This document shows positions 44,497 through 54,139 of a stretch of DNA of 64,000 nucleotides, one piece after another. A program made the position numbers and the translations under genes. Source of the stretch: an uncultured Candidatus Peribacteria bacterium (GTDB taxonomy: Bacteria > Patescibacteriota > Gracilibacteria > UM-FILTER-43-11). How positions within the stretch are numbered: position 1 is the first letter of the stretch; the number at the start of each line of letters is the position of its first letter. Location: assembly GCA_964458485.1 (NCBI GenBank), contig CAYWJA010000003.1:30524-94523 (forward strand). Reading direction: 5' to 3'. The notes under the pieces were generated by a model. It made no database searches and was not told the origin of the DNA. It worked only from the letters and a program-made list of their open reading frames with translations.

Positions 44497-44785
44497 CTAC
44501 CACACTCCAAAAACGGGTCTAAAATCACCTTTGCCCTCAAGATAAATAGAAATTTGTTCCCTTACCATCTCACAGGCATTTTGAATGTTGATCTTTGTAC
44601 GTGCTGCACGAACTATACCCCCCCCTATCAAGCTCACTAATTTTCCTTCCTTCTGCCATACTTTCAATAGTCTGACCATTTAATAATATATAAATTTTCC
44701 CCCTACCACCCCCTTCTTCTACAGCACCCCAAACTCCTTCACCTTCCATTGGCCCCCGCCATTCAACTTCATAGGTATCTATCAT
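44497..44785 (-). pseudogene. ~95-codon gene split into two frames at a G8 homopolymer (possible HicB/UPF0150-like fold)
   Basis: ORFs 44570-44785 and 44497-44679 overlap in different frames. C8 on the plus strand lies at 44618-44625. Removing one G fuses ..ELDRGG to IVRAARTKINIQNACEMVREQISIYLEGKG.. The fold guess is weak. Confidence 0.5.
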
Positions 44786-44866
44786 CTTGGAATTAATTAA
44801 AGGAGGATATTTTAACTAAATTATGTCGAAAAAGCCATGAAATATTTCTGATTTTAGATTTTTGAT

Positions 44867-45136
44867 TCAATTTATTTCATTATAATAACAATCCTCACAA
44901 TAAATAATATATGGTGTGTCAGGCGAATAAGTACTTGCTAGCTTAACATCACATTTATCGCATTTACGTTTATACAACCTTCTCTCATTTCGCAGTGACC
45001 TTCGCCTATTTCTCCTGCATTCATGGCAATTTAACGGAAGTGGTAACCTCTTTTTTACATAAAATGCTTTTTCCTGGGGAATTATGTTGAATTCCTTTTT
45101 GCATTGCCGACAATTTTTTGTAAGAGAATTTTTCAT
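44867..45136 (-). CDS. Stand-alone double zinc-ribbon protein (89 aa)
   Basis: CRQCKKEF..CHECRRNRR..RKCDKCDVKL..YCEDCY. Paralogous to the C-terminal 80 aa of the upstream gene. The start overlaps the upstream stop (TAATG). Confidence 0.7.
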   Translation of the reverse strand: MKNSLTKNCRQCKKEFNIIPQEKAFYVKKRLPLPLNCHECRRNRRRSLRNERRLYKRKCDKCDVKLASTYSPDTPYIIYCEDCYYNEIN

Positions 45137-46434
45137 TATTTAAAATTATTTAACCAGCAATCTAGACAATAAATTACGTAAGGGCTATCACTTGGATATG
45201 TAGTAATAAGAGTGTTTTTACATTTGTCGCATTTGCGTTTGTACATTGTTCTGTCATTACGGAGGCCGACACGCTGTTTGGCACGGCAATCAGGGCAATA
45301 AATAGGGTATTCAATGTCCATTTTTTTGTAAAATTTGATTTCTTTGTCGATAATTTTAAATTCATTTTTACATAGGGTGCAGTTTCGGGTTAATTCATTA
45401 TTTTGGGGATGCAGATCTGCGTCCCCTACGGCATCGCCTGACCCCTCAACTACGTTCGGGACATGCGTTGTTGCCGTATTTTTATTAATTAAATCATAAA
45501 ATGTAAAAATGCCTGCCTTTCTTAATTCTTTATCGATGGCTTTTGTGGTTTTTTTGTAAAAGTCTTCATCAACTTTTTGGTTCAAAATATAATAACCATC
45601 ATCTTTATGTTTTAAATAATTACAGCCAAAGAGATTTTTGGATTCCATACAGCATGTTGTCCATTTGCAGTCTTTTAGGTTTCCACACCAATGCAAATGC
45701 TGACAGTTAAAAAGGTAATGCGCGTATGCAATGTCATAACATAAATCCATTCCTGTAGGTATAGGGCCACAATCCCAGCTGTCTTTTGTTCCCATCTCCA
45801 GATTTGCCTGATTTATATATCCACTATCTTCTGTATGGCGTGTATCAAAGCACATGTGGCAATTTTTGCTGTGATAAATATAATCCCCTGTACAATTCTG
45901 CGTATCGAATTGATGGACGAACATGCGGGGGGTTTTCTTCTTTATTTTTTCTAACTTTTTATCAATCACCTTTAGGATATCAGAATTAGACATATCTAAA
46001 GTTTTCAATGCCTTTTTGTATTCTGATTCTGACTTTTTTTCATTAAATATATAATACTGTTTATCTCGCAGTCCAACGCAGCCGATACAATGTTTACATC
46101 TTCTTAAATCATAAGAAAAATGAATATCTTCGCAGTTTGCACTGTCCTGGCAATAATTAGAATTATAACAGCTATTGCAATCAACACATTCATAACAAAG
46201 CTGGCAATCTTCGCAAAAAGCACAGTCTGTACAATCATTTAATGCACGACTGTCTTCACAATAATAGGTATCGCGGCAATTTCCAGAATTAAAACACATG
46301 TAACAGTCTTTAGATACTGTAATGATGTCACCATAATCACAATTTTCACTCCCACGCGACCACGAGCCGCATTTAGGCGACCTCATGTATAAATTTCTGA
46401 AATCTTGGATGAAGGTTTTCGGGGAGATGTTCAT
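45136..46434 (-). CDS. Cys-rich repeat protein (432 aa) ending in the same double zinc-ribbon module
   Basis: Two blocks of densely spaced Cys (..DCTDCAFCEDCQLCYECVDCNSCYNSNYCQD..) each followed by a ..YYI(F/L)N(E/Q)K.. segment. C-terminus is CTLCKNEF..CPDCRAKQR..RKCDKCKNTL..YCLDCW. The linker carries an in-frame palindrome copy. Confidence 0.75.
   Translation of the reverse strand: MNISPKTFIQDFRNLYMRSPKCGSWSRGSENCDYGDIITVSKDCYMCFNSGNCRDTYYCEDSRALNDCTDCAFCEDCQLCYECVDCNSCYNSNYCQDSANCEDIHFSYDLRRCKHCIGCVGLRDKQYYIFNEKKSESEYKKALKTLDMSNSDILKVIDKKLEKIKKKTPRMFVHQFDTQNCTGDYIYHSKNCHMCFDTRHTEDSGYINQANLEMGTKDSWDCGPIPTGMDLCYDIAYAHYLFNCQHLHWCGNLKDCKWTTCCMESKNLFGCNYLKHKDDGYYILNQKVDEDFYKKTTKAIDKELRKAGIFTFYDLINKNTATTHVPNVVEGSGDAVGDADLHPQNNELTRNCTLCKNEFKIIDKEIKFYKKMDIEYPIYCPDCRAKQRVGLRNDRTMYKRKCDKCKNTLITTYPSDSPYVIYCLDCWLNNFK
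45405..45429. repeat. GGACGCAGATCTGC(A)TCC palindrome copy, in frame in the Cys-rich CDS
   Basis: Minus strand reads GTAGGGGACGCAGATCTGCATCCCC and encodes VGDADLHP. Confidence 0.85.
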
Positions 46435-46445
46435 GTTTTTTATAA

Positions 46446-46532
46446 GTCCTGTAGTGCTTTAGTGCTGTAGTCCTTTCGTGCTAATTGACAGAATAGAACG
46501 AAAGCACTACAGGACGACAGGACGAAAGCACT
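46446..46532. repeat. GTGCTGTAG-family hairpin
   Basis: GTCCTGTAGTGCTTTAGTGCTGTAGTCCTTTCGTGC..loop..GAACGAAAGCACTACAGGACGACAGGACGAAAGCAC. Confidence 0.85.
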
Positions 46533-46647
46533 TGTTATTAAATGTCAAAACAGTGCCAACCTCAAGTAACATCAATATTGTAACATTTTGCCTAAAAATG
46601 TGTATATAACTATGCAAAAGCAGCTTTAATTTTTAACCCCCACCGAC

Positions 46648-46746
46648 ATGACCTACCTAATAGCAATTACAGCATTGACCTTGATAGCAAATATATATGC
46701 AGACTACAAATTAAATTCCAAAAGTTACATCAAAGTTAAATCTTAG
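46648..46746 (+). CDS. Possible 32-aa small hydrophobic peptide (MTYLIAITALTLIANIYADYKLNSKSYIKVKS)
   Basis: Not in the ORF track (too short). It lies alone in a 480-bp intergenic gap and is followed immediately by a strong A7-stem-T4 hairpin. Speculative. Confidence 0.25.
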   Translation: MTYLIAITALTLIANIYADYKLNSKSYIKVKS

Positions 46747-46764
46747 GATCTCTAAAAAAACCAA

Positions 46765-46814
46765 ACTGAAGCGCTTCCTCTCTTGGCAGAAAGGCTGTAA
46801 GGGCTTCAGTTTTC
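46765..46814. terminator. Bidirectional intrinsic terminator (trxA side and small-ORF side)
   Basis: A7, then ACTGAAGCGCTT..AAGGGCTTCAGT, then TTTT. Confidence 0.65.
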
Positions 46815-46917
46815 GAATGTGATTAAAAAATGTAAAAATGATAAATTCTACATATGAATCTGAAATCTAAAATCAGAAATGCAAAATCCTAAAAATGTTT
46901 CGTATAACGAATCATTT

Positions 46918-47241
46918 TTAGGAGTGTTTCTCAATCATTTCCATCAATTGATCTTTTTGATGAACTCCGACTAATTCTTCAGCTACCTCACCATTTTTGA
47001 AAACTTTTAGGGCAGGAATGCTCATAATTCCGTATTTTTGGGCGAGGTCACCATTTTCATCTACATTTACTTTGTAAACTTTAGCTTTATCACCAATTTC
47101 ATCGGCAAGTTCATCGAGGATCGGGCCTTGAGCTTGGCATGGACCACACCATGGTGCCCAAAAATCTACAAGAACTGGTATATCTTTAACTTCTAATACA
47201 TCTGCCGGAAAGGTGTCTCCGCTTGTTTGTTGTGCTGGCAT
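46918..47241 (-). CDS. trxA: Thioredoxin
   Basis: WAPWCGPCQ active site. 107 aa. Confidence 0.92.
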   Translation of the reverse strand: MPAQQTSGDTFPADVLEVKDIPVLVDFWAPWCGPCQAQGPILDELADEIGDKAKVYKVNVDENGDLAQKYGIMSIPALKVFKNGEVAEELVGVHQKDQLMEMIEKHS

Positions 47242-47267
47242 AATATAAAAATTTATGGAATAAATTT

Positions 47268-47406
47268 TTCATTTCGCATTTTGCATTTCTGATTTCGCAA
47301 TCACATTTAGCATTTTTTCATTTGGCAATTTATTTGATTATTTTAGTAAATGCAGAATGCTAAATGTAAAATGACAATGCGAAATCTGAGATGCGAGATG
47401 CGAAAT
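47268..47406. repeat. ~140-bp imperfect palindrome (CATTTCGCAT units)
   Basis: The left arm CATTTCGCATTTTGCATTTCTGATTTCGCAATCACATTTAGCATT pairs with the reverse complement of AATGCTAAATGTAAAATGACAATGCGAAATCTGAGATGCGAGATGCGAAATG. Confidence 0.85.
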
Positions 47407-47529
47407 GTTTATTGTAGCATACAAGATCATCAAAAATTTTTCAATCATCAAAAGTAGCTTATGTTACATAATACAAAAAACCTCCTCGACAATATGCCAG
47501 AGAAGGTTTTATCTTGTAATTAGACGAAT

Positions 47530-47805
47530 TTATCTAACTGCATCTTTTAAGCTCTTACCAGCTTTAAATGCAGGAATCTTCATAGCTGGAATTTTGATTT
47601 TTATAGATGGATTGCGTGGGTTAACACCAGTGCGAGCTGCACGTTTGCTAACACGGAAAGTTCCGAAACCAGTAATGGTTACATTCTTTCCTTTTTTAAG
47701 TTCTTTTGTTACTGCAGAAAGAAGAGCATCTAAAGAAACAGCGGCTGTTTTTTTTGTAACGCCTGCTGCAGATGCAATTGCTGCAATTAGATCTTGTTTA
47801 GTCAT
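47530..47805 (-). CDS. hup: HU/IHF-family nucleoid protein
   Basis: MTKQDLIAAIA..GFGTFRVSKRAARTGVNPRNP..IPAFKAGKSLKDAV. 91 aa. Confidence 0.92.
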   Translation of the reverse strand: MTKQDLIAAIASAAGVTKKTAAVSLDALLSAVTKELKKGKNVTITGFGTFRVSKRAARTGVNPRNPSIKIKIPAMKIPAFKAGKSLKDAVR

Positions 47806-48129
47806 AGCTAAATTAAGTTAAAATGATAAAATCTGCTACTTCATAATTTCGGAAGAGCAGGGGCAAGTATAGTAGTATAAAAAGTGTCTGGCAAGGGTTT
47901 TTTCGCTTTATTTAGCGAAAAAGTCATATGTATGCTTTTTTTATTCAAATAAAATGGCTTATTTAAGCCAAAATTTAATAATTTGACGAAATAACGATTT
48001 TTCTGTCAAAGCTAATTTTTGGCTCTATTAACACAAAAAAACGCTTGACTTTGATATTTTGAAATGGTAAATAAGAGTTCCTAATCAGTAATTAAAAAAT
48101 AATTTTTTGTATTAACGTGAATATTTTGT

Positions 48130-48489
48130 ATGAAACATCGTAGTATTGAACGCAAACGTCTCCGGTTATCCGGATACGATTATTCATCGGATGGATATTA
48201 TTTTATTACGGTTTGTACACAAAATCGTGCATGTTTTTTTGGGAATGTGAAAAATGGAATAATGGGATTAAATGACATTGGTTGTATTATTGCAAAATCT
48301 TGGCAGGATATTCCCAATCATTTTTGCGATGTACAATTGTATGATTGGGTTGTAATGCCAAATCATTTTCATGGGGTCATGGTTTTGGAACAACAATTTA
48401 ACCATGATACGGTTGTTATTGGTATCCGTAAAACTTTTTCCAAATCTGAAATTAAAAAACATTATGACAGTTTATTTGATGATCCATAA
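48130..48489 (+). CDS. Truncated REP-associated tyrosine transposase (RAYT, IS200-like Y1 HUH) homologue
   Basis: LSGYDYSSDGYYFITVCTQNRACFFG..WVVMPNHFHGVMVL matches the COG1943-type N-terminus and HUH motif. Only 119 aa, so the usual C-terminal helix with the catalytic Tyr seems to be missing. A REP-like hairpin lies 58 bp downstream. Confidence 0.65.
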   Translation: MKHRSIERKRLRLSGYDYSSDGYYFITVCTQNRACFFGNVKNGIMGLNDIGCIIAKSWQDIPNHFCDVQLYDWVVMPNHFHGVMVLEQQFNHDTVVIGIRKTFSKSEIKKHYDSLFDDP

Positions 48490-48546
48490 GAAATCATTTG
48501 AAAATAAGAAATTAATAATGTATCGTTTCGGCGATATTAAATTATT

Positions 48547-48627
48547 AGTGCTTTAGTCTGGTAGTGCTTTAGTGCTGTAGTGCTTGCTATATAAAATAGC
48601 ACTACAGGACTACAGCACTACAGCACG
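48547..48627. repeat. GTGCTGTAG-family (REP-like) hairpin next to the RAYT fragment
   Basis: AGTGCTTTAGTCTGGTAGTGCTTTAGTGCTGTAGTGCTTGCTATATAAAATAGCACTACAGGACTACAGCACTACAGCACG. Confidence 0.9.
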
Positions 48628-48686
48628 TATAAAAAGTGTAAATACAGCAACAACGACAAATAATATATAAGTTAACGAAAAATAGT

Positions 48687-50921
48687 ATGAATCATGTAAT
48701 AATAGTAGAATCACCGGCAAAAGCCAGAACTCTGAAAAAATTTTTGGGTGCCAAATATAATGTAAAAGCCTCTATGGGGCATATTCGTGATCTGCCTAAA
48801 AAGGAACTTGGAATTGACATAGACAATGAATTCCATCCTAAATATGAAATTAGCCCTGATAAAAAAAAAGTTGTCCGGGATCTAAAAACACTCGTCCATA
48901 AATATGCCGATACAATGGTGTGGCTCGCAGCTGATGAGGACCGCGAAGGAGAAAGCATTGCCTGGCATTTAATACATGCGCTTGGTCTGAAAAAAGGGCA
49001 ATTTAAGCGTATTGCATTTCATGAGATAACCAAGCCAGCAATCCTGAAGGCGCTTGAAAACCCTCGTAGTGTTAATATTAATTTAGTGCATGCACAGCAG
49101 GCACGTAGGGTATTAGATCGTTTAGTTGGATATAAATTATCTCCACTGCTTTGGAAAAAGGTAAGGTCTGGATTAAGTGCAGGACGTGTACAAAGTGTAG
49201 CGGTGCGCCTTATTGTTGAGCGAGAAAGAGAAATCGAAAAATTCAAACCAGAGGAATATTGGAAAATTGATACTGATTTGAAGGCTAAAAAAGGTGACTT
49301 TAATGCAGGTTTGATAAAAATAGAGGGTAAAAAAGCAAAGGTAGATAATAAAAAAGATGCCACTACTATACTGGATGATTTAAATAAAGCTAATTATAAG
49401 GTAGTTGATTTGAAGGAGAAAAAGGCAAAGCGCCATCCTGCTCCGCCATTTATAACAAGTACGTTACAGCAGGAAGCATCACGTAAGCTTGGCTTTTCCG
49501 TTAAACAGACAATGATGATTGCACAACAATTATATGAAGGTATTGAGCATGGCAAACATCATACAGGTTTAATAACTTATATGCGTACCGATTCTTTTAA
49601 TTTATCTATGGAGTTTTTAAAAAATGTGCCGAAAATTATTAAAAAAACATATGGTGATGAGTATGTCTTAGATAAACCGCGTTTCTTTACTAAAAAGACT
49701 AAAGGTGCACAAGAAGCTCATGAAGCCATACGCCCTACTCATGCAGATAAAACACCTGCTGATTTAAAAGCCCATTTAGACACCAGACAATACAAATTAT
49801 ATAAACTGATATGGGAAAGATCTATTGCCTCGCAAATGCCTACCGCAGAACTTAGCGTTACTACTGTTACAGTTGAAACAGATAACAATTATATCCTTGA
49901 GGCTAAGGGGCAGGTGATAAAATTCCCAGGATTTATGAAGGTATATGTTGAAGGTACTGATCATCCGGATGATGCACTAGCGCATAAAGAAAAATTATTA
50001 CCACCAATAGAAAATGGTGAGGTATGCGATTTAATTAAAGTAAATACTGAGCAAAAATTTACACAACCACCTGCAAGATATACTGAGGCAACTCTTGTTA
50101 AAAAATTAGAATCTGAAGGCATCGGACGACCTTCTACTTATGCTCCAACAATTTCTACAATAGTCAGCCGTGGATATATAGAGAAGCAAGAGGATAAAAA
50201 ATTACACCCTATGGAAATTGGCTGTATTGTTAATGACTTTTTAGTTAAACATTTCCCGGATATTGTAGGCTACAACTTCACTGCTGGTATGGAAAAACAA
50301 TTGGACGATATTGCTGAAGGAAAAATTAAATGGGAGCCTGTTATTGGTGATTTTTATGCGCCATTCGAAAAAAGATTGGAAGAAAAGGCCAAAAGCATTA
50401 AAAAGGAAGATATTATTCATGAAAAAACCGATGAAGTCTGCGATATATGCGGTGAGCCAATGCTTGTTAAGCTTGGTAAAAATGGTAAATTTTTAAGCTG
50501 CAGTGCTTATCCTAAATGTAAAAATGCCAAACCAATGAAGGAAGATAGGGAAAAAGAAGAAAAATTGCAAAAAGAATTTAAAGATGAAAAGTGTGAAAAA
50601 TGCGGATCTGCTATGATCGTGAAAAAGGGACGATTTGGTGAATTCCTCGCTTGCAGTGCTTACCCAAACTGCAAAACTACCAGGCCCCTTGCGCATGCCC
50701 TAAATATAAAGTGTCCTAAATGCGATGGTGATATTACTGAAAAGAGAACTAAAAGAGGAAAAGTATTTTATGGATGTAATAATTATCCTAAATGCGATTT
50801 TGCCGTTTGGGGCAAACCCCTTGAAGATCCATGTACCGTATGTAAAGGGTTACAAATACAGGCTAAAAAGAATTTGATTAAATGCCAGCAGTGTGGGAAG
50901 GAGACCGAGGTTAATGCATAA
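48687..50921 (+). CDS. topA: DNA topoisomerase I
   Basis: TOPRIM VIIVESPAKA, active-site LITYMRTDS and four C-terminal CxxC zinc ribbons. Confidence 0.93.
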   Translation: MNHVIIVESPAKARTLKKFLGAKYNVKASMGHIRDLPKKELGIDIDNEFHPKYEISPDKKKVVRDLKTLVHKYADTMVWLAADEDREGESIAWHLIHALGLKKGQFKRIAFHEITKPAILKALENPRSVNINLVHAQQARRVLDRLVGYKLSPLLWKKVRSGLSAGRVQSVAVRLIVEREREIEKFKPEEYWKIDTDLKAKKGDFNAGLIKIEGKKAKVDNKKDATTILDDLNKANYKVVDLKEKKAKRHPAPPFITSTLQQEASRKLGFSVKQTMMIAQQLYEGIEHGKHHTGLITYMRTDSFNLSMEFLKNVPKIIKKTYGDEYVLDKPRFFTKKTKGAQEAHEAIRPTHADKTPADLKAHLDTRQYKLYKLIWERSIASQMPTAELSVTTVTVETDNNYILEAKGQVIKFPGFMKVYVEGTDHPDDALAHKEKLLPPIENGEVCDLIKVNTEQKFTQPPARYTEATLVKKLESEGIGRPSTYAPTISTIVSRGYIEKQEDKKLHPMEIGCIVNDFLVKHFPDIVGYNFTAGMEKQLDDIAEGKIKWEPVIGDFYAPFEKRLEEKAKSIKKEDIIHEKTDEVCDICGEPMLVKLGKNGKFLSCSAYPKCKNAKPMKEDREKEEKLQKEFKDEKCEKCGSAMIVKKGRFGEFLACSAYPNCKTTRPLAHALNIKCPKCDGDITEKRTKRGKVFYGCNNYPKCDFAVWGKPLEDPCTVCKGLQIQAKKNLIKCQQCGKETEVNA

Positions 50922-50926
50922 GTGTT

Positions 50927-53900
50927 CTATAAAATAATCTCCACTTTATAATTTCTGTCTTTGGGATATTCTCCATAATGCCTACCTAGTATTCTTTTTT
51001 TATGCATTAGCTTAGAATGTCCAATTATACGTTTTGTAGCTAAATCTGTAACATGTGCCAATTGCTCATCATCAGACTGCTTAATATGATCATGCAATTT
51101 CATCGCGGCTTTTGGTATTTGTATATCAACCTCAGGCCCCTCTATAAGATCACTATGTGAATCATTATAGAAAAATTGTAATATATTTAATTCTTCTAAA
51201 AACTCAAGCTGCTGTCCATCGCTCAATTTCCCATATACATCAATCAACACATCTCCATATCCTTCGTCATTCCACCTATTTTCATCTAAAAATAATAAAT
51301 CAATTAAATATGGGAAATTATCATTTTTAGACAATCTTAGAACGACAGAATGAAATATGTCTTTGTCGGAATGTGCAGCTTTATAATCTACAGTCCATAA
51401 CCTTAAAAATTCAACCTCATCTTTAATACTTAAAATAAAATCCATTTTTTGCTGCTGCAAATCTAAAGATTTCCTTTTGTATTTTCCATTTATCCTTTTC
51501 TGTAAAGCACCCCTTGATAAGGCTAGATCTTGATCAATATTTTTTTGATCTTTGGCAAATTGTTCAAACCAGCTGTCTTCTTTTAGATCTAGTCCATACT
51601 CCTCATCCCAATCTTCTTGTAATCTTTCCATTAGTTCTGCAGGCATCTGTTCAATTCCAAGCTTTGTTGCAATAGAATTAATAATTAAAACAACTTTTGC
51701 CAAATTGTATTTTAGTTGTGCATATTTAGACCCTTCTTCTTTTGATAAATCACAAATTTTTTCAATAATAATTGGTAATTGATTAATTTGATATTGCCAA
51801 AAATCTATTATTCCCTGCTTCATCTCTCCAGGCATATCATCAATGATGGCTAACATTCCAATCATACGCTTACGAGTTGGTTTTCTTGTGAATATTAAAT
51901 CAGTGGTTTCCAAAAAGTCGTTAGCATAAAAACTAATTGAATCGTTAGGGTCCATTTTACTGTCATCTTCTTTAATTTCCTCGATAATATCTGGAGTAGA
52001 ATGCCCCCAAAACAATAATTGCTTATAAAATTCCACCTGCTTCAATCTTAAAAGTTTCTCGTCATCACTATCTGCATCATTAATATATCTGAATAATCTC
52101 AATAATACATCTTGCTTTTTTGTATCTAATTCAAAAAAATCACACATTCTCCTTTTAGACCAGCTATTCCCACCTTGTAAGAAATATTCTAATACACTTT
52201 CTGCATGCACATTTTCATCAATATCAACACTCCTATATACACCATGTGATTGATATAAATTTTCTTTTAATATATTTAAAGATACATTATCGTCAAAGTC
52301 TCTGGCTTCAGGATAACTGACTGGACATGTTAAGAATACCTGATTTCTTTCGGATGCCGCATTATAATCATGAAAATCCTGACAATCGACCAAATTCCAA
52401 ATATCTGATTCGTTATCAAGTTGTCCATCTGTTGCAATGCATAAATCACTATGTGAATCAATCGATCTGCCTCTGGCTGCATTATAAATTACATCAAAAA
52501 TAAATTTTGAAACTGCTGCTACATAAAATGGTATATTCTCCCTTGTTAGCAGGCTGCTTCTAGATTCTACTAATACCTTTCTGACCTCTCCTCGTGCCTC
52601 TTGTTCTATGCTTACTTCATCTTCCTCAGCTAAAAAAGATTGTGCAACTTTCTGTATGCGATTATATAAATTGCTTTCAAAATCACAATCCCTGCTATGA
52701 TGCAGTACCTGCCCATCTTTACAATGAGTAATAAAAAATTCACTCTCAGGCATATAATACCTGCCCCAATTATATAAACCTCCGCCTCTTTCATGATCAT
52801 TATCTGCAGCATCTGGTGTCCTACGAAATGTCTTACATTTAAAAGATCTGGGGTTATTACCAATAGACACCATCATTCTTATGCCTTCTTCTGAAGATTT
52901 TTTTTGAAATAATTCTACCAAATAAGAATCACCTTCCGCCGTGCTGTTATGCGATCTAACTATATAACACTTTCTATCATGACTAAGTAAAAATTGAATA
53001 TCTGTTGGTAAGTTATCTTCGAATTCTTCGAGTATAGCCTCTGTCGAAAAATCAGCACTATAATCAGATTCATGCTCAAGGCTATTAACATACATTATTT
53101 CGCCTAATTCACTTTGCTGACCCCATATAAGAGGTTCTGCAAAATATTTAATAATATCAGCAATATCAGCAATTTTAGGTAACTCACCCTCCATCACATC
53201 AGCATTAAGCAATGTTCTAAAAAAATCATTAACACAAGCTTTCTCATAATTTTTTATAGATTTATCAAATACAATAGGATTTGTTATATGCTTTACAGCT
53301 GTAGGGCGAGACACATACCTTCTTTTGGTGACATCGTAATAACTAAGCATTAAAACGCTATTGCACTTCTTTCTCTCTTCCCAATACTCCTTACCCTTTG
53401 TGTGCATATGTTGGCTTGCAGTACGATGGTCAATCGTAGCAGTCCTGTATCTAAGTCCTTCCCAACTTGTTATACTTGGCCGCTTTGCCCCCAGCCTACC
53501 AAGCTTAAAAATTTGTTCATACTCATCACCAATTCCATATAATTCCCTTGCAACACCTATTGGCAATGTGCCAAATCCTCCAAATGCACCCGCAGGGCTA
53601 TGGGCATAACGAAGAATATGTGATTGAAAAATTTCAGTCCTATTCTGCCCTTTTGTTGGCCCCGAATAACCAGCCTTATCTCTTAGCTTAGCAATTGTTT
53701 TAAATAAATTGGCAAAAAAATTATCTGGATCATCTAAAATTCTATCAGCTATTAATAATATTTGTGCATCTAGATCTGGGTGTGCATCTGATGCACCTAT
53801 ATTATCAAGAATGCCATAAGCCTCTTTGGATATTTCTGACACTAAACCATATCCGATAAAGCTGAATAAATTTTTACTGTATACATCTTTATGGTCCTTA

Positions 53901-54136
53901 TTTTTCTCTGAAAAATCTCGTAATCCATCCCCAGCACTTTCCGTGAATTCATACATTATCCATCTGCTATATGCTGTTTGCAGGGAAGAGAATTTATCTA
54001 AGTCAATCGCTGCAAGCCTTTCGTGAAAATATTGGAAAAAATTATCCGGCTTTTTTAGCCTAGGTTCTTTTTCCCGAACATGTTCAGTGTCAGGGATAGA
54101 ATGCAACCCGTTCTCATGACTATGAGGTGTTTCCAT
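50927..54136 (-). CDS. Orphan protein, 1069 aa, no signal/TM and no motif I recognise
   Basis: Uninterrupted ORF. Starts 3 nt after the upstream ORF ends. Confidence 0.7.
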   Translation of the reverse strand: METPHSHENGLHSIPDTEHVREKEPRLKKPDNFFQYFHERLAAIDLDKFSSLQTAYSRWIMYEFTESAGDGLRDFSEKNKDHKDVYSKNLFSFIGYGLVSEISKEAYGILDNIGASDAHPDLDAQILLIADRILDDPDNFFANLFKTIAKLRDKAGYSGPTKGQNRTEIFQSHILRYAHSPAGAFGGFGTLPIGVARELYGIGDEYEQIFKLGRLGAKRPSITSWEGLRYRTATIDHRTASQHMHTKGKEYWEERKKCNSVLMLSYYDVTKRRYVSRPTAVKHITNPIVFDKSIKNYEKACVNDFFRTLLNADVMEGELPKIADIADIIKYFAEPLIWGQQSELGEIMYVNSLEHESDYSADFSTEAILEEFEDNLPTDIQFLLSHDRKCYIVRSHNSTAEGDSYLVELFQKKSSEEGIRMMVSIGNNPRSFKCKTFRRTPDAADNDHERGGGLYNWGRYYMPESEFFITHCKDGQVLHHSRDCDFESNLYNRIQKVAQSFLAEEDEVSIEQEARGEVRKVLVESRSSLLTRENIPFYVAAVSKFIFDVIYNAARGRSIDSHSDLCIATDGQLDNESDIWNLVDCQDFHDYNAASERNQVFLTCPVSYPEARDFDDNVSLNILKENLYQSHGVYRSVDIDENVHAESVLEYFLQGGNSWSKRRMCDFFELDTKKQDVLLRLFRYINDADSDDEKLLRLKQVEFYKQLLFWGHSTPDIIEEIKEDDSKMDPNDSISFYANDFLETTDLIFTRKPTRKRMIGMLAIIDDMPGEMKQGIIDFWQYQINQLPIIIEKICDLSKEEGSKYAQLKYNLAKVVLIINSIATKLGIEQMPAELMERLQEDWDEEYGLDLKEDSWFEQFAKDQKNIDQDLALSRGALQKRINGKYKRKSLDLQQQKMDFILSIKDEVEFLRLWTVDYKAAHSDKDIFHSVVLRLSKNDNFPYLIDLLFLDENRWNDEGYGDVLIDVYGKLSDGQQLEFLEELNILQFFYNDSHSDLIEGPEVDIQIPKAAMKLHDHIKQSDDEQLAHVTDLATKRIIGHSKLMHKKRILGRHYGEYPKDRNYKVEIIL

Positions 54137-54139
54137 GGA

